This document shows positions 12,888 to 25,437 of a stretch of DNA of 64,000 nucleotides, piece by piece. Origin of the DNA: Octopus vulgaris (Eukaryota); assembly GCA_951406725.2 (NCBI GenBank), contig OX597824.1:11532001-11596000 (forward strand), given 5' to 3'. The notes under the pieces were generated by a model. That model was not told the origin of the DNA. It did not search any database and saw only the letters and a list, made by a program, of their open reading frames with translations. How positions within the stretch are numbered: the stretch's first letter is position 1; each line of letters begins with the position of its first letter. The position numbers and the translations under genes are program-made.

Positions 12888-13173
12888 GTTGAAGATCACT
12901 AGGTAGTGGACATATCAAAATGATCTGGAGATAGTCAACACCGGATGGAACATATGTGCAAGAATAGCAACCAACAGACACCAATAGAGGAAGCTTGTTG
13001 CTTGATGCGCTGAGCAACACAGGAGACGCTAAAGCTAACAAAAAACTTGATAACTTGATGTGCTGTTTCCTAATGTTGCAGCAAATTATGACACCTGGTT
13101 CCCTTCTCCTTTGCTCACCAAACTTGGAGGCTCCGTAAATGCATCAAGGATGCTGCCCTTCCTTTTCTAGTTG

Positions 13174-13210
13174 CTAAGCGATAAGTATGTATGCTGTGAT
13201 TCTCTCGGAT
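13174..13210 (-). CDS. Candidate alternative terminal exon, phase 2, x-SERITAYILIA*
   Basis: Acceptor ttttatagtttctcag|A; no homology recognised. Confidence 0.25.
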
Positions 13211-13724
13211 CTGAGAAACTATAAAATGGTTCAGAAAGAAGAGGCTGAAAGTGGTAAAATATAAATAAAAAAAAAATACATACATGCATACATATAAGTA
13301 TGTATGCAAATATATGTATGTAATATATGGTGCAGTTACATTTTCCTAAGTGAATCCTGAATGTGTTAAACAAGCCAAAATCACCAGCATCAACTCTCCA
13401 ATCTGTGGATGGTAAACAAACATTCTCATGGAAATAAAAGGAAGTTTCAAAGAAGCGGCAACAGTAGTGGTGAAGATGGGGATGGTGATGGGGGACAAAG
13501 TGGTCAAATTTAAGCGTGAATGCAATTGGGTTTATATGTCATGTATGTATTATATGAATGTGTGTGCGGGAGAGAGAGAGAGAGAGGGCGAGAGGACAAT
13601 GAAAAGACATGTTTTTATAAGATCTAAAGAAAACACAAATGGTGATTTGAAACAAAGTTTATTTACAGACAAGAGATTAGACAGGAAAAGAGAGAAAAGG
13701 TGAAGGAAAGAAAGATCAAAATAC

Positions 13725-13736
13725 ATTCTTGCTAAT
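13725..13736 (-). CDS. Candidate 12-nt microexon ATTAGCAAGAAT (x-LAR-x, phase 2-2)
   Basis: Acceptor ctttgtgttatttctctag|; weak donor AAT|gtattt; a second strong acceptor (gtgttttctttag|A) at 13623. Confidence 0.3.
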
Positions 13737-13802
13737 CTAGAGAAATAACACAAAGTATGTGTGTATGTGAGAGAGAGAGAGAGAAAAAGTGTGTGTGTGA
13801 CA

Positions 13803-14260
13803 GAATGATTGTGAGAATGTGCATGAGTGCGTGAGAATGTGGACAAGAGTGCGTGAGAATGTGGACAAGAGTGTGTAGCAATGTGCATGAGAGTGTGTAA
13901 GAATGTGCACAAGTGTGCAAGAATGTGCATGAGTGTAAGAACGTATATGAGTAAGAATGTACGTGAGTGTAAGAATGTGCATGAGAGTGTTATAAGAGTG
14001 TGTGAGGGTGCACAAGAGTGTGCATAAGGGTGCACAAGAGTGCCTAAGAGTGTGTACAAGTGTGCATAAGAATGTGCACAGGAATGTGCACAGGAGTGCA
14101 TAAGAATGTGCATAAAAGTGCCTACAAATGTTCACAAGAGTGCGTAAGAATGTGCACAAGAGTACTAAGAATGTCAAGACTGTGTAAGAATGTCACAAGA
14201 GTGCGTAAGAATGTCACAAGAGTGCGTAAGAATGTGTATGAGAGTGTGTAAGAATGCATG
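13803..14260. repeat. Degenerate 10-12 nt tandem repeat (AAGAATGTGCAC / AAGAGTGTGT)
   Basis: Directly visible periodicity; generates His/Thr/Leu-rich spurious ORFs. Confidence 0.9.
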
Positions 14261-15786
14261 TGTGTGGTCAAATGAAAGTGACGATGGAATAACGTTCCTA
14301 TATCTGTGACAATGCTGCTGCTGTTACACATATAAACACACTTGACAAGGACCCATTTTCTTCCAAAAAGCTCCCCCACTGATTGGTAGTCTGTAGTCTA
14401 TGGGTCTGCCGTTTCCAGAATGCTTTCTTGTTTTTCTACCACTATCACAATAGCATCTGCTCTCTGGAATTAGCTAGTTGCATACCATATCCATTGATGT
14501 TCATCCCCACTTCTGACACAATCAACTCTTCTTATCACTCATATTATTCATTCAAGGCTCCACATAACCTACCTTTCCAATCCTTCCGCACCAGTATGCC
14601 ATCCCACTAGAATTCACTCCCTGCCTGACTTTTTTTTTCTCTTCTTTGCCCTCATCAAGTAACAGTTGTCCAAACTCAACCTTGAATCACATCAATTTCA
14701 CTAGTGTTGGCAGGTCTGCTTGGTCACTGGCATAAAACCCCTTCACCCTGACTAAATTACATATATTTTTTTAATTGTACATATAAGTATAGGCATCTAT
14801 CTGACAGTGCATCTGCTTCTAAGCAGGTTTGTACCTTTGTGTGAATGCATGTCTGCCTTTATATCTGGGAACTGTATGTCTATGCCTGTATGCATGAACT
14901 GGGTGTAATATGTCTTGAAAGCTACCTTATTGATTATAAACATGGAGGTGTTCTCTATTTTAGTTCTATGTTTTATTTTCTTAGCAAGATAGTCATCTCA
15001 GTGGCAGATGTTCAAATTTTATATTTAGTACATTCTAACACAAATCTAGCACACATCACATTCCGAAAGAATGTGCTTATTGCCCACAGATAGGTAGATG
15101 GACTAATGAATATAAAATCATTAGATCCACTGGTCCAGCTGTGATAATCCCATCTTTTTGAGTATATGCTTCAGAATTGATTTCTCCCAATATACCAGCT
15201 ATATTTGTCTCAAATCTTAGTTTAGTTGCACTGATCAAGTAAGAAGTCTACAATACAATAGATTTGTATTCAACACCTACTGGCTTAGATTGTACTATTA
15301 TTGCTATTCTCAAATTTTCATTCACCATTAATATATCAAAAGGATGTATTATAATAGTATTCCACAGCCATACCAACAATCCAATAATACTATTCCACAT
15401 GCCCATATGGCATAGTGGTTACTAACCCCAAGAGTCTGAGTTCAATTCCAGGCAGTGACCTGAATAATAATAACAACTATTCCACATATACAAAAACAGC
15501 CATACCATCATCAGCTGTCCCATGGATATCATTATGGTTTCAACACCTGGACAGTACCACTCAATCTGGCAGTGTCAACAGCAATAAAATAAGTGTTGTT
15601 TGGGAAGAAACAAACCAAAGAAACCACAACTTTCAAACACATTTACCCTATGTACAACCGAATTGATAAATAAATTCAATAAGTAAATTACAGCCACTCC
15701 TAAATACATAACTAAACAGTGACAACTATTAAGTCATATAAAATTATAATCCCTAGAAGCGATTTTTACAATTCTGTAAATAATAA

Positions 15787-15988
15787 TAATAGTATTTTAT
15801 AAGCTTAAAGCTTATAAGCGATCACTATGCAATGACTAAAGAAAATAGTCTAATAATGGGGTATACAAGCCCTCAACAAAAAAAGGTAGGTTTTCTGTCA
15901 AGGGCTTATATGCCCCATTATTAGATTATTTTCTTTAGTCATTGCACAGTGATCGCTTATAAGTTTTAAGCTTATAAAATACTATTAT
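15787..15988. repeat. ~200 bp imperfect palindrome of a dispersed repeat (Penelope-type inverted arrangement)
   Basis: ATAATAGTATTTTATAAGCTTAAAGCTTATAAGCGATCAC... is mirrored by ...GTGATCGCTTATAAGTTTTAAGCTTATAAAATACTATTAT; single-arm copies at ~46305-46415 and ~46600-46715. Confidence 0.8.
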
Positions 15989-16291
15989 ATATATTTCAGG
16001 AGGTGACAAGTTTAAAGAAGTTATGTCATTTAGAATGAAAAACTCAAAGATAAGTCTGAGAGTGAATAAACATATGATCCATAATTGTTAGTCCATATTT
16101 TGTTCACCCATGGCTCAGACAAAACAAAATATATTTTGTCGAACTAACAACCATGGATCAAAAGTGCGTGTGTGAAACAAAAGACGATATAACTACTCAT
16201 AATATATATTCACAGTATAGTACATAATATATTACGCTTTTCTTTTGTTTTTTTGTCAGATCTTTTTTCCCCATGTTGGCATGGGTTAGAG

Positions 16292-16589
16292 CAAAGGTTC
16301 CCAACCTTATTTTGCTTGTGGACTCCCTGAGAGCTATCTTATCATCTGTGGACCCCATATATGCACATGTAAATTTTTGAAATAAAATATTTGTCTGTAG
16401 GTTACTAAAAACTAACAATGAAACAATTTCATTATATTCATAACAGAAATTCCAAATACAAATCTTGAAAATTTCAATAAATACAGGTACCTCTCCTAGT
16501 AAACAAAATTTATATATGGACCCTCAAATTACAATTTTTTACTCATGGACTCCCTTAAAGCTTCTGTGGACCCCAGTTGGGAACCCCTG
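16292..16589. mobile_element. hAT (Charlie-like) MITE
   Basis: CAAAGGTTCCCAAC ... GTTGGGAACCCCTG TIRs; imperfect GGTTAG-containing TSD. Confidence 0.65.
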
Positions 16590-17398
16590 GGGTTAGTGGG
16601 GCCTGTCCTTGTACAGCACTACATTATGTGTCATGGTGATTCATCATGACATACAGAAACAAAAAATAAGACATCTATCTTTGTTGTTGTGTTTGTTTTA
16701 GACATCAAAGATAAGACTATGTTGTCATGTTTTTTGACATGATTTATATGGCTAGATGCCCTTTTTAAAACTAACTACTTTACATAGTTGACTGGGTGTA
16801 TTTTAATATACAGGTAGCACCAGAGGAGTTGTCTACCAGGACTGGAAAGTCTCCTCTGCTGTCAGTTTTATCTAGATTTATTGTCCCTCGAGATACCTTG
16901 TGTTTGCAACCATGTGGTTTGGGATTCAGAGCTGCTACTACATGGCAACTTGGATAAGTGTCTTCTTGTATAGCCTTTGGCCTACCAATGTCTTGAGACA
17001 GAAACTCTGCAGAAGCCAATCGTATGTGTGTCTGTGTGTAACCCTGACAATTGATACTGGTTAGAGTCCTCATCACTGAACAATTTGGCAAAAAGAAACT
17101 GACAAAATACACTGGAGCTTATTTGATTGACTAAACCCTTCAAAGTAGTTCTCAACCAGGGTTGCAGGCCTACAAGTTCATATTTCCATTGAGGACTTAT
17201 ATAGAGAGGAGCAAAGAATGTTTAGAATTTGTTTTGCAAGAACACTGAACTAAAAATGTTATCTCAAAACCAAAATTGTTCTATGTCTATATTTCTTTAA
17301 AAAAAAAAAATTGTTCATTGAAATTATTTTTCTAAACATTAAATCTTTGACCTTTTCATTGGTTATATATTTTCAAATGCTTTACATTTTCAACTGAT

Positions 17399-18043
17399 TT
17401 TACTGCCACGTCACATCTTATTTACTGCTGCGTCACATCTTTCTTACTGCCGCGTCACATTTTATTTACTGCCGCGTCACATCCTTATTTACTGCCGCGT
17501 CACATCTTACTTACTGCCGCGTCACATCTTATTTACTGCCGCGTCACATCCTATTTACTGCTGCGTTACATCCTATTTACTGCCGCGTCACATCTTACTT
17601 ACTGCCGCGTCACATCTTATTTACTGCCGCGTTACATCCTATTTACTGCTGCGTTACATCCTTATTTACTGCCGCGTCACATCCTTATTTACTGCCGCGT
17701 CACATCCTTATTTACTGCCGCGTCACATCCTATTTACTGCCGCGTCACATCCTTATTTACTGCCGCGTCACATCCTTATTTACTGCCGCGTCACATCCTT
17801 ATTTACTGCCGCGTCACATCCTTATTTACTGCCGCGTCACATCCTTATTTACTGCCGCGTCACATCCTTATTTACTGCCGCGTCACATCCTTATTTACTG
17901 CCGCGTCACATCCTATTTACTGCCGCGTCACATCTTACTTACTGCCGCGTCACATCTTACTTACTGCCGCGTCACATCCTATTTACCGCCGCGTCACATC
18001 CTATTTACTGTCGCATCACATCTTATTTGCTGTTATGTTACAT
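17399..18043. repeat. CpG-rich minisatellite, 21-22 nt unit TTACTGCCGCGTCACATC(C)TTAT, about 30 copies
   Basis: Direct tandem units, homogeneous centre, degenerate edges, no unique spacers. Confidence 0.95.
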
Positions 18044-19019
18044 CTCTATGCAAGCTCAAGACAGTATTGATATTTATTTATTTTGCTTCCTTTTGCTATA
18101 GTTGTTGCAATCATTAAGAAAGTGTGTATGAGAGAGAGAGAGAGAGAGAAAGAAAGAGAGATGATTGACCTTAGTTGCTGTTAATCTTATAGTATCCTTA
18201 CTTTTGTATTACTATGATGGTGGTTGTGGGGAGGAGGTATTGCTGGACTATTCATTCTTTATAGGGAGCACATGTGTATGTGTATTTCTATGTGTGTGGG
18301 GTTACATGCTTCCTATATTTGTATAGTCTTTGTAAGCTATCTTAATGTTGGTTTTTTTGGATGTTTGGAAAGACTTCCTATTTCAACATTTTTTATTTGC
18401 ATCCACTCATTGTTTCTGTATGGAATGCTGATAGAATAAGGATGTTTGCTTCTTTTCATTGAATTCTCACCTATCCTACAATCTTTTTACATTAAGCCAT
18501 AGGCTGTTTCCCCTATGTAGGTCGTGGTGTTGTCCTTAGATTGTCTTTCCAACTTTTCTAGTTTCACGGTTTATCTGCAGGCTGGTTGTACAAACTTCTG
18601 CTATTGCTGTCAGTACAAGGTGTTTTTTTCTTTTTTTATGGACATATCTTATTTCTTTATTGCCCACAAGGGGCTAAATATAGAGGGGACAAACAAAGGA
18701 CAGACAACGGGATTCAGTCAATTACATCGATCCCAGTGCGTAACTGGTACTTAATTTATCGACCCTGAAAGGATGAAAGGCAAAGTCGACCTCGGCGGAA
18801 TTTGAACTCAGATCTGCCTGTTTTTTCTACAATCTTGATTTTAAGTTTTATGTCACATAGTGCTTTTCTAAATTCATGGGCCAGTTTACTATAGTAATAC
18901 AAAAGTAAGGATATAATATGACTAAAAAGCACAAAGGTCAACCACTACTAACTACACACATGCTATAGAGATATAACATAACAGTGAAATCAGTTGAAAA
19001 TGTAAAGCATTTGAAAATA

Positions 19020-19185
19020 TGTGGCTGTGTGGTAAGTAGCTTGCTTACCAACCACATGGTTCCGGGTTCAGTCCCACTGCATAGCATCTTGGGCAAGTGT
19101 CTTCTACTATAGCCTCGGGCTGACAAAAGCCTTGTGAGTGGATTTGGTAGACGGAAACTGAAAGAAGCTCGTTGTATATATGTAG

Positions 19186-19219
<34 letters not shown>

Positions 19220-19415
19220 ATGTTTGTGTCTCTGTGTTTGTCCCCCTAGCATTGTTTGACGGTGTGTGTTTACGTCCCCGTCACTTAGCGGTTCGGCAAA
19301 AGAGACCGATAGAATAAGAACTGGGCTTACAAAGAATAAGTCCCGGGGTTGATTTTCTCGACTAAAGGCGGTGCTCCATCATGGCCGCAGTCAAATGACT
19401 GAAACAAGTAAAATA
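19020..19415 (+). mobile_element. Full-length CORE-type tRNA SINE (octopus OR-like)
   Basis: GTGGCTGTGTGGTAAG A-box, GGGTTCAGTCCC B-box, CTTGGGCAAGT CORE-like motif, internal (TA)n(TG)n, tail GACTGAAACAAGTAAAA; many copies, e.g. 11690-12090(-), 31965-32345, 32357-32730, 55090-55460(-), 56940-57330(-). Confidence 0.85.
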
Positions 19416-19860
19416 GTAGTAGTAGTATTGAAAAGACCACAGGTTTAGTGCTTAGAAAAATAATTTTGGAAAAAGAAATATAGAGAGACAAACAACTGTT
19501 TTATTTTGGAGAGGAAATAATAAACAAATAAAAAGTGTGTATATAGGCTCTACCAGTATGACTCATCTGAAGTAGAACAAAGAATAGATATCCACATTCT
19601 TTTAATATGTATTGATAAAATGATATTTAGGACTGCAGTCAAGAAGTGCTATGGGTTGGAACTCCCAGTCTACAGTAGGCTTCCAGAGTAAACAAACAGT
19701 AAAAGAATGGTTTTTCAATGAGACTGACAATAAATATAATTCTCAATATCAACCCACTTGAGATAACCCATGATCTCAGATTACCAAAAGCTTGTATTAG
19801 TTTTCATATCTATATAAAAAATTTCTACTAACTGTGGAGTCACTGAGAGAGCTACTACGC

Positions 19861-20185
19861 TAAGGTTGGTCAACCTGAGGCCCGCAGGCCACATGCAACC
19901 TGCAGTCTTTTATCTTGCGGCCTACATGATACTTTCTTGAAGTATTGTGTTTAATTTCAAAATAAAACGGTTTGTGTAAAACATTTGTTTTGAAATAAAT
20001 TTAAAATTTATAAATGGCAATAAAGCAATAGCCTACAATTTTATAATTTTAAACAAACGAAAAGTATGAAAAAAATCTTGATTCTGTAATTTGATTATTT
20101 TACTATTAGTGCATAAAGTATACAAGCGTCCCTCAAAAAATTGATTAAAGTGGCCTGCAATGTAATTCGAATGGGCCAGGCCTGC
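19861..20185. mobile_element. Old hAT (MER58-like) MITE
   Basis: 5' end GGTTGGTCAACCTGAGGCCCGCAGGCCACATGC resembles Charlie-type subterminal motifs; degenerate TSD TACTACGC/CACTACAC. Confidence 0.45.
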
Positions 20186-20677
20186 ACTACACATTCATTC
20201 AACTTAGTAGAAATAACAGCCAAACCTCCTCCAAATCATATCCTAACATCTATATAAAAAATAAAAGAGGTGGGGGCACATTGAATAAAGCAAGAATACA
20301 CTAAGTGTGAAATTTTTTAAAAAATGTGATTAGGGCTGTCTCTGGGGCTTGATCAAAGCTCTGGTGCCATCTTGATTAGGGGTGATCTGAGACTAAATAA
20401 ATAGCAGCCACTGAAATATTATATACAAGATAACTGGAGGGGAAGTTCCATCATAGATTTATGTAAAAACCTTTTGTTAAGCTGCATCCTAAAAGGCTAG
20501 CTTTAACATATCAGTAAATAAATAAATAAATTATAGATATTTTATTATAAACCCTTCCAATCCTAATTTTGAAAATCAATAGAAACATAAATCACAAAAG
20601 GGTTAACAAATCCATATACATTCATTACATACAGCAATATAATGCCTCAATTCTTCAATATTTGCGATGGGTTATTG

Positions 20678-20726
20678 CTATCTAGCATCTATAATGGCTT
20701 CCTGGATAAGCTTGGAGAACTCAATT
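20678..20726 (-). CDS. Candidate alternative terminal exon, phase 2, (R)IEFSKLIQEAIIDAR*
   Basis: Acceptor tgtttcttttgttattgataag|A; protein-like composition; no homology recognised. Confidence 0.35.
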
Positions 20727-20837
20727 CTTATCAATAACAAAAGAAACATTCCCAACATACATACGACTGATTGTATGATATATAGGTGTGTGTGCATGGT
20801 GCCGTGCATGTGTGGGTGGGTTTGTGCGTGTGCATAC

Positions 20838-20870
20838 GTGCACATCAGTGCGTGCTTAAGAAATGCAAAT
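20838..20870 (-). CDS. Candidate 33-nt cassette exon, phase 2-2, (R)FAFLKHALMC(T)
   Basis: Acceptor ttgctgtccttcgtacag|A; donor CAC|gtatgc; frame-preserving. Confidence 0.3.
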
Positions 20871-20921
20871 CTGTACGAAGGACAGCAATTGCTAAAAAGA
20901 GATGAATTGATTATGTATATT

Positions 20922-20943
20922 CTACCAGAAATACGATGTAAAT
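20922..20943 (-). CDS. Candidate short exon, phase 2, (R)FTSYFW*, or a 9- or 18-nt microexon
   Basis: Strong acceptor ggcttctgttttctttcag|A; possible donors after 9 nt (gtattt) or 18 nt (gtagaa). Confidence 0.35.
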
Positions 20944-21617
20944 CTGAAAGAAAACAGAAGCCACAAAATACCGTTTGTGAGAGAAAGAAATATTGGATAG
21001 AATCAGATTGTATGATATGGAATGTAACAGAGAAAACAGTGCCATAAATAAGACCTAGAGTCTTCAATCCTAATTCTATTCACATCTCCTGGATGCTTTA
21101 TGGCTATAATAAATTGACCACAATACTGGATCGGTACTTTATTTTATTGACTACATGAAGCTGAAAAGGAAAGATGACCCCAGCAAGATCTGAAGTCAGA
21201 AAGTAAAAGGCTGGAACTAAACACTGCATGCATTTTGAGTCTCTAATGATTCGGTCAGGTGCTTAGCTCAAGGAAAATTGAGATATAACCAAGAAGTTTT
21301 TAACATAGGATAAACAATTGAAGATTGTTTTAAAAACAAGATCAAGGATGATGAGGATGCCTTTGAATGAAACAGTTAAGCTGTTTTTTTGTTTTTATCT
21401 GTTTCTTGTATCAGTCATTAGACTTGGACTGCAACCATACTCGGATACTGCTTTGAAGATTTTTTTATTATTATTATTAGTCAAATAGAGTGATCCCAGT
21501 TCTCACTTCTTTGTTAAGCTTGGAACTTATTCTATCATTCATCAAACTGCTAGGTTACAAGAGTATACAACAAACCAACACTGGTTACCAAACAGTGGCA
21601 AGAAAACAGACACAAAG

Positions 21618-21663
<46 letters not shown>

Positions 21664-22944
21664 GCTTTTACACAGTTTCCATTTATCGGATTCACTAATA
21701 AGGTACTACGCAGGTCAAGCCTATAGTAGAGACTGCCCAAGGCGCCACTGAGTGGAACTGAACCCAAAACCACATGGTTGCAAAGAGAGATTCCTAATTA
21801 TACAGCAATGCCTGCCCCCATAATTAAACTAAAAGCAATCAAGAAATTCCTTTTAATTGTGCCAAATTATTAACTAACTCCCCATTAAAAATTTCAACAA
21901 AATGGACAGTGTGAAACTAATTTTCACGCTCATTTCAGTAATGATGCAAAATATCTACCCCAAAAAATAGAATTGATATTTTCTGCAAGTCACACTGCCT
22001 CAATAAACTTGGTATGTCTCAACAAAAAATAATTTCAGACATGGTATTCTTCAACAAAAGATAGATTAGTATCTAAAACTGCTTTCCATAGTTAAGGATT
22101 AAAAAAATTTGAGTGGCTATATCTGTTTTCTGGTATAAAAAAGTTCAAGATAATATTTCTATGTCATATTGAGTCAAAAATGATTCTTTTTCTTCAATTA
22201 TGATCAATACAAAACAGACCTCAGACCTCCTATATAGAAATGTTAACAGAACCTCTATATTATCCCTTGATCTACTAGAAATAGTATCCAAATCTCCTTC
22301 GAAACAAACTGAATAAAAGGAAATAAATAGTGAGGATGAGCAAGTCTCCACATTCTATAATATTACCACATGGCCATGCTAAACATTAAAAAAAATATGG
22401 TGGGCACCATTTGAGCATGGTCGTTGCCAGTGGTGCCTGACTTCCCCCGTGCCAGTGGCATGTAAAAAGCACCATTCAAGCGTGGCCGTTGCCAGTGCCA
22501 CCTGTCTGGCTCCTCTGCCAGTGGGATGTGAAAATCACATTCAGCCATCTTTTTAACAAAAAAAAAAAAAAGAGGCAGTGAGCACATTTGCAATGTGATC
22601 CTAGATAATTCAATGTCTGAAGTTCACGAAAGGATGGTTATACTAGTATGCTAAGTACTTTTGATCATAAGTCTGCCAAATCAAATCTGCCCAAGGGTAA
22701 ACAATGACCACTGTTAAAGATATACTTTAGCATATGTTAAACTAATGCTCATGAGTAAATTAACTCCACTTGCAAGTTAAGCAGTATTGTCACTGTAGCA
22801 TAGATCTTGTTTTTTTATCAGAGTGGTAGTGCTCCAGTATGGTCTTGATGGTCTTATGATGGTTAAACTAAACTTAGACCTAACAAACTACAAGATTTAA
22901 AAGAAACTGGTAAAGAAATTGAGCTAGAAAATAGTATTTCTATT

Positions 22945-23322
22945 GTGCCACCAGCACAAGTGCCAGTAAGGCGGCATTACCTGCATCGCCTTACTGACAC
23001 TTGTGCTGGTGGCACGTAAAAAAACATTCGAGCGAGGCCATTACCAGTGCCACTGGACTGGCTCCTGTGCAGGTGGCACATAAAAAGCACAATTTGAGCG
23101 TGGCCGTTGCAAGTACTGCTTGGCTGGCCCTCATGCCGGTGGCACGTAAAAGCACCCACTACACTCTCGGAGTGGTTGGCATTAGGAAGGGCATCCAGCT
23201 GTAGAAACTCTGCCAAATCAGATTGGATCCTGGTGCAGCCATCTGGTTCGCCAGACCTCAGTCAAATCTTTCAACCCATGCTAGCATGGAAAGCAGACAT
23301 TAAACGATGATGATGATGATGA
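22945..23322 (+). mobile_element. RTE LINE 3' UTR / RTE-tail fragment
   Basis: Repeated GGCACGTAAAA(A)GCACC motifs, GGAGTGGTTGGCATTAGGAAGGGCATCCAGCTGTAGAAA, (GAT)n tail; same sequence follows the RTE ORF at 61400-61750; reverse copies at 44657-44830 and 63408-63720. Confidence 0.75.
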
Positions 23323-24938
23323 TATGCTATTTGCTAAGAAACTTGGGGTGTATTACTCTAGATTCATTCCACACCAAGGTGTTCAGTTTAAATTCAGCTT
23401 TGACTGAGCAAACATATGGTCAAAGGCAGTCTATCCGTGGAGACACCATCTTTTATTCCAGCAATATTTCTAGGACAACACTACACAATATGTTCTACAA
23501 TTTTAAGGATGTATTTTGAGGGAGATTTGGCTATTATTTCTAACAGGTCAATTGGTAAATTTCAGGTTCACTTGTTGGTCCCACAATAAGTCATAATATG
23601 TTCTTAAATGTAAATTTATTTTAATAAATTAAATTATTTTTTTTAATTACAAAACAAAGCCAGGAAGTATATAAAAAGATCTGTTAAGAGAGATCACATA
23701 ACCAAAACTGATACTGTCTCCAAGATACAATTCTCAAGCGCAACAAAATTATAAAAGATAACAGACTTTGGTAAACATGAGAAGAATAAATAAACAGTAG
23801 GAATACTGCATTTGTAAGAACTTTGCGAAGCATTTCTATTACCTACAAATGAACTGAGAGATTTTCATTTAGATCACAAGAATTCTTGCATAGAAAACTA
23901 TCATACACTAGTTTTTAAGGTATTTCTTATCTTTCAGAGTTTTGAGACAAGTCATCTGAGGATAGAAAAGAAAATGAAACAGACTTCCTGTATCAAGTCT
24001 TTGGTAATATATTAAAGAAGATTTCTGTTGGAAAATGAAGTCGACTGCCCCCCACACACACACATACATACATACAAACGCATACAAAAGATAAAATAGT
24101 TTATGCATTGAATTTTGTCATCTAATAAATACCAAGGTTTTGAGATTCCATTTTAAGATTAAAGCATAAAGCAAATCCCAGAAACACATTTTGCTGTTGA
24201 CTTTTTTATTATTTTATAAGGAGGCTCAGGAGACAGCAAAGAAGGTATTTAGTGCTCTGTCTATCTCTCTGACTCTCTTAAACTAAGACAGACAGAAAGT
24301 GAGGGGAAGAGAATTCTGTGATTCTATGCAAGAAATGATGCATTAAAAGGTCATAGTAGCAGACAAATACACAATATGTTACTGATGTCAACAGTTTTCT
24401 GTGATTCACTGAAGCTTGTAGAATGAAGAATACCAAATAGAAAATGTCTGCGATATCACTGCTAATGCTGGTTATTGCAGACAGCTTGTATTCTGCTTAG
24501 ATTTTATGAAATTATATTCTTAAATTCTGTCTTTTTCAACAGAAATAACTCCATATACTATAACGTTAATACCTGTATCTAAGTAATGAATTAATATATT
24601 TGCTTTGTCATGATAGATGGAATTTTTTTTTTCCAGCTTTTTACCTTTTATAAAAGATACATGAAAACCAACTTGCTTGGGGGTAATGAAGAGATCCCCC
24701 CACCATCACCACCCATTGCAGCTTAAATGTTAATTCAACAAGTATCACGACTACAATTTCAAAAGAACTCATGATTTGTGACTAATTTTTAAAAAATTTC
24801 TTATTTTTGAATTTTTAAATGCGACTAATGATTGAGAGTTCTTCATTAGTGGATAATGCAATGACAAGCTGCTAACGAGGTGAAGTAGAAGACACCTTGT
24901 GCATTTAGTGAGTTAATGATACAGACATGCAAGCATAC

Positions 24939-24950
24939 CTCAACTTACGT
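24939..24950 (-). CDS. Candidate 12-nt microexon ACGTAAGTTGAG (x-RKL-x, phase 2-2)
   Basis: tgttgtttttcgatttaagtcaattacag|ACGTAAGTTGAG|gtatgcTTGCATG; the other two frames contain stops; TGCATG and ACTAA motifs downstream. Confidence 0.5.
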
Positions 24951-25322
24951 CTGTAATTGACTTAAATCGAAAAACAACATAACGTAAAAACATTTTCAAA
25001 ACTTTATTAGCTTATGTCGGTTTTAATAAATGGTTTGTACACATTTTCATATGCATTCTACTTGGTTTTCAACTTCAGTAGTAGTTTTTAAGCACTTTTT
25101 TAAAAAACATTTTTATGCTTTTAAATATGTTTGCAGAGACTAATGTAAAGTCAGACAAATTGACTCAAGTTGATGTATTTTTTTTTTATTAATAATTTTT
25201 AAAAAAAGAAAAATTATGTGAAGTTGAAAAAGATGTAATTTGAAACAACATAAGTTAAGGTATGCCTGTGTTTACTACCAGAGGCTGATAGCTACAAGTT
25301 TGTTATCAGCTGGAATAAACCT

Positions 25323-25437
25323 CTAAGTTTTTTTGGATTTTTTTTTCTTCAAACTAAATCGTTTCATGGAATGAAGGAAAAAAGAACAGCCAGAAATTAA
25401 TTTGCATCCATAAAAAACGCTAAGGATCTGCATAGAC
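25323..25437 (-). CDS. Candidate alternative terminal exon, phase 2, ending ...SMKRFSLKKKKSKKT*
   Basis: Acceptor atgtttttgctacag|G; 37 open codons; basic tail partly due to an A-tract. Confidence 0.2.

Noticed and set aside
13550-14251. His-rich ORFs
   Set aside because: Derived from the degenerate tandem repeat.
17399-18043. CRISPR-like array
   Set aside because: Units are contiguous with no unique spacers, there are no cas genes, and the context is eukaryotic.
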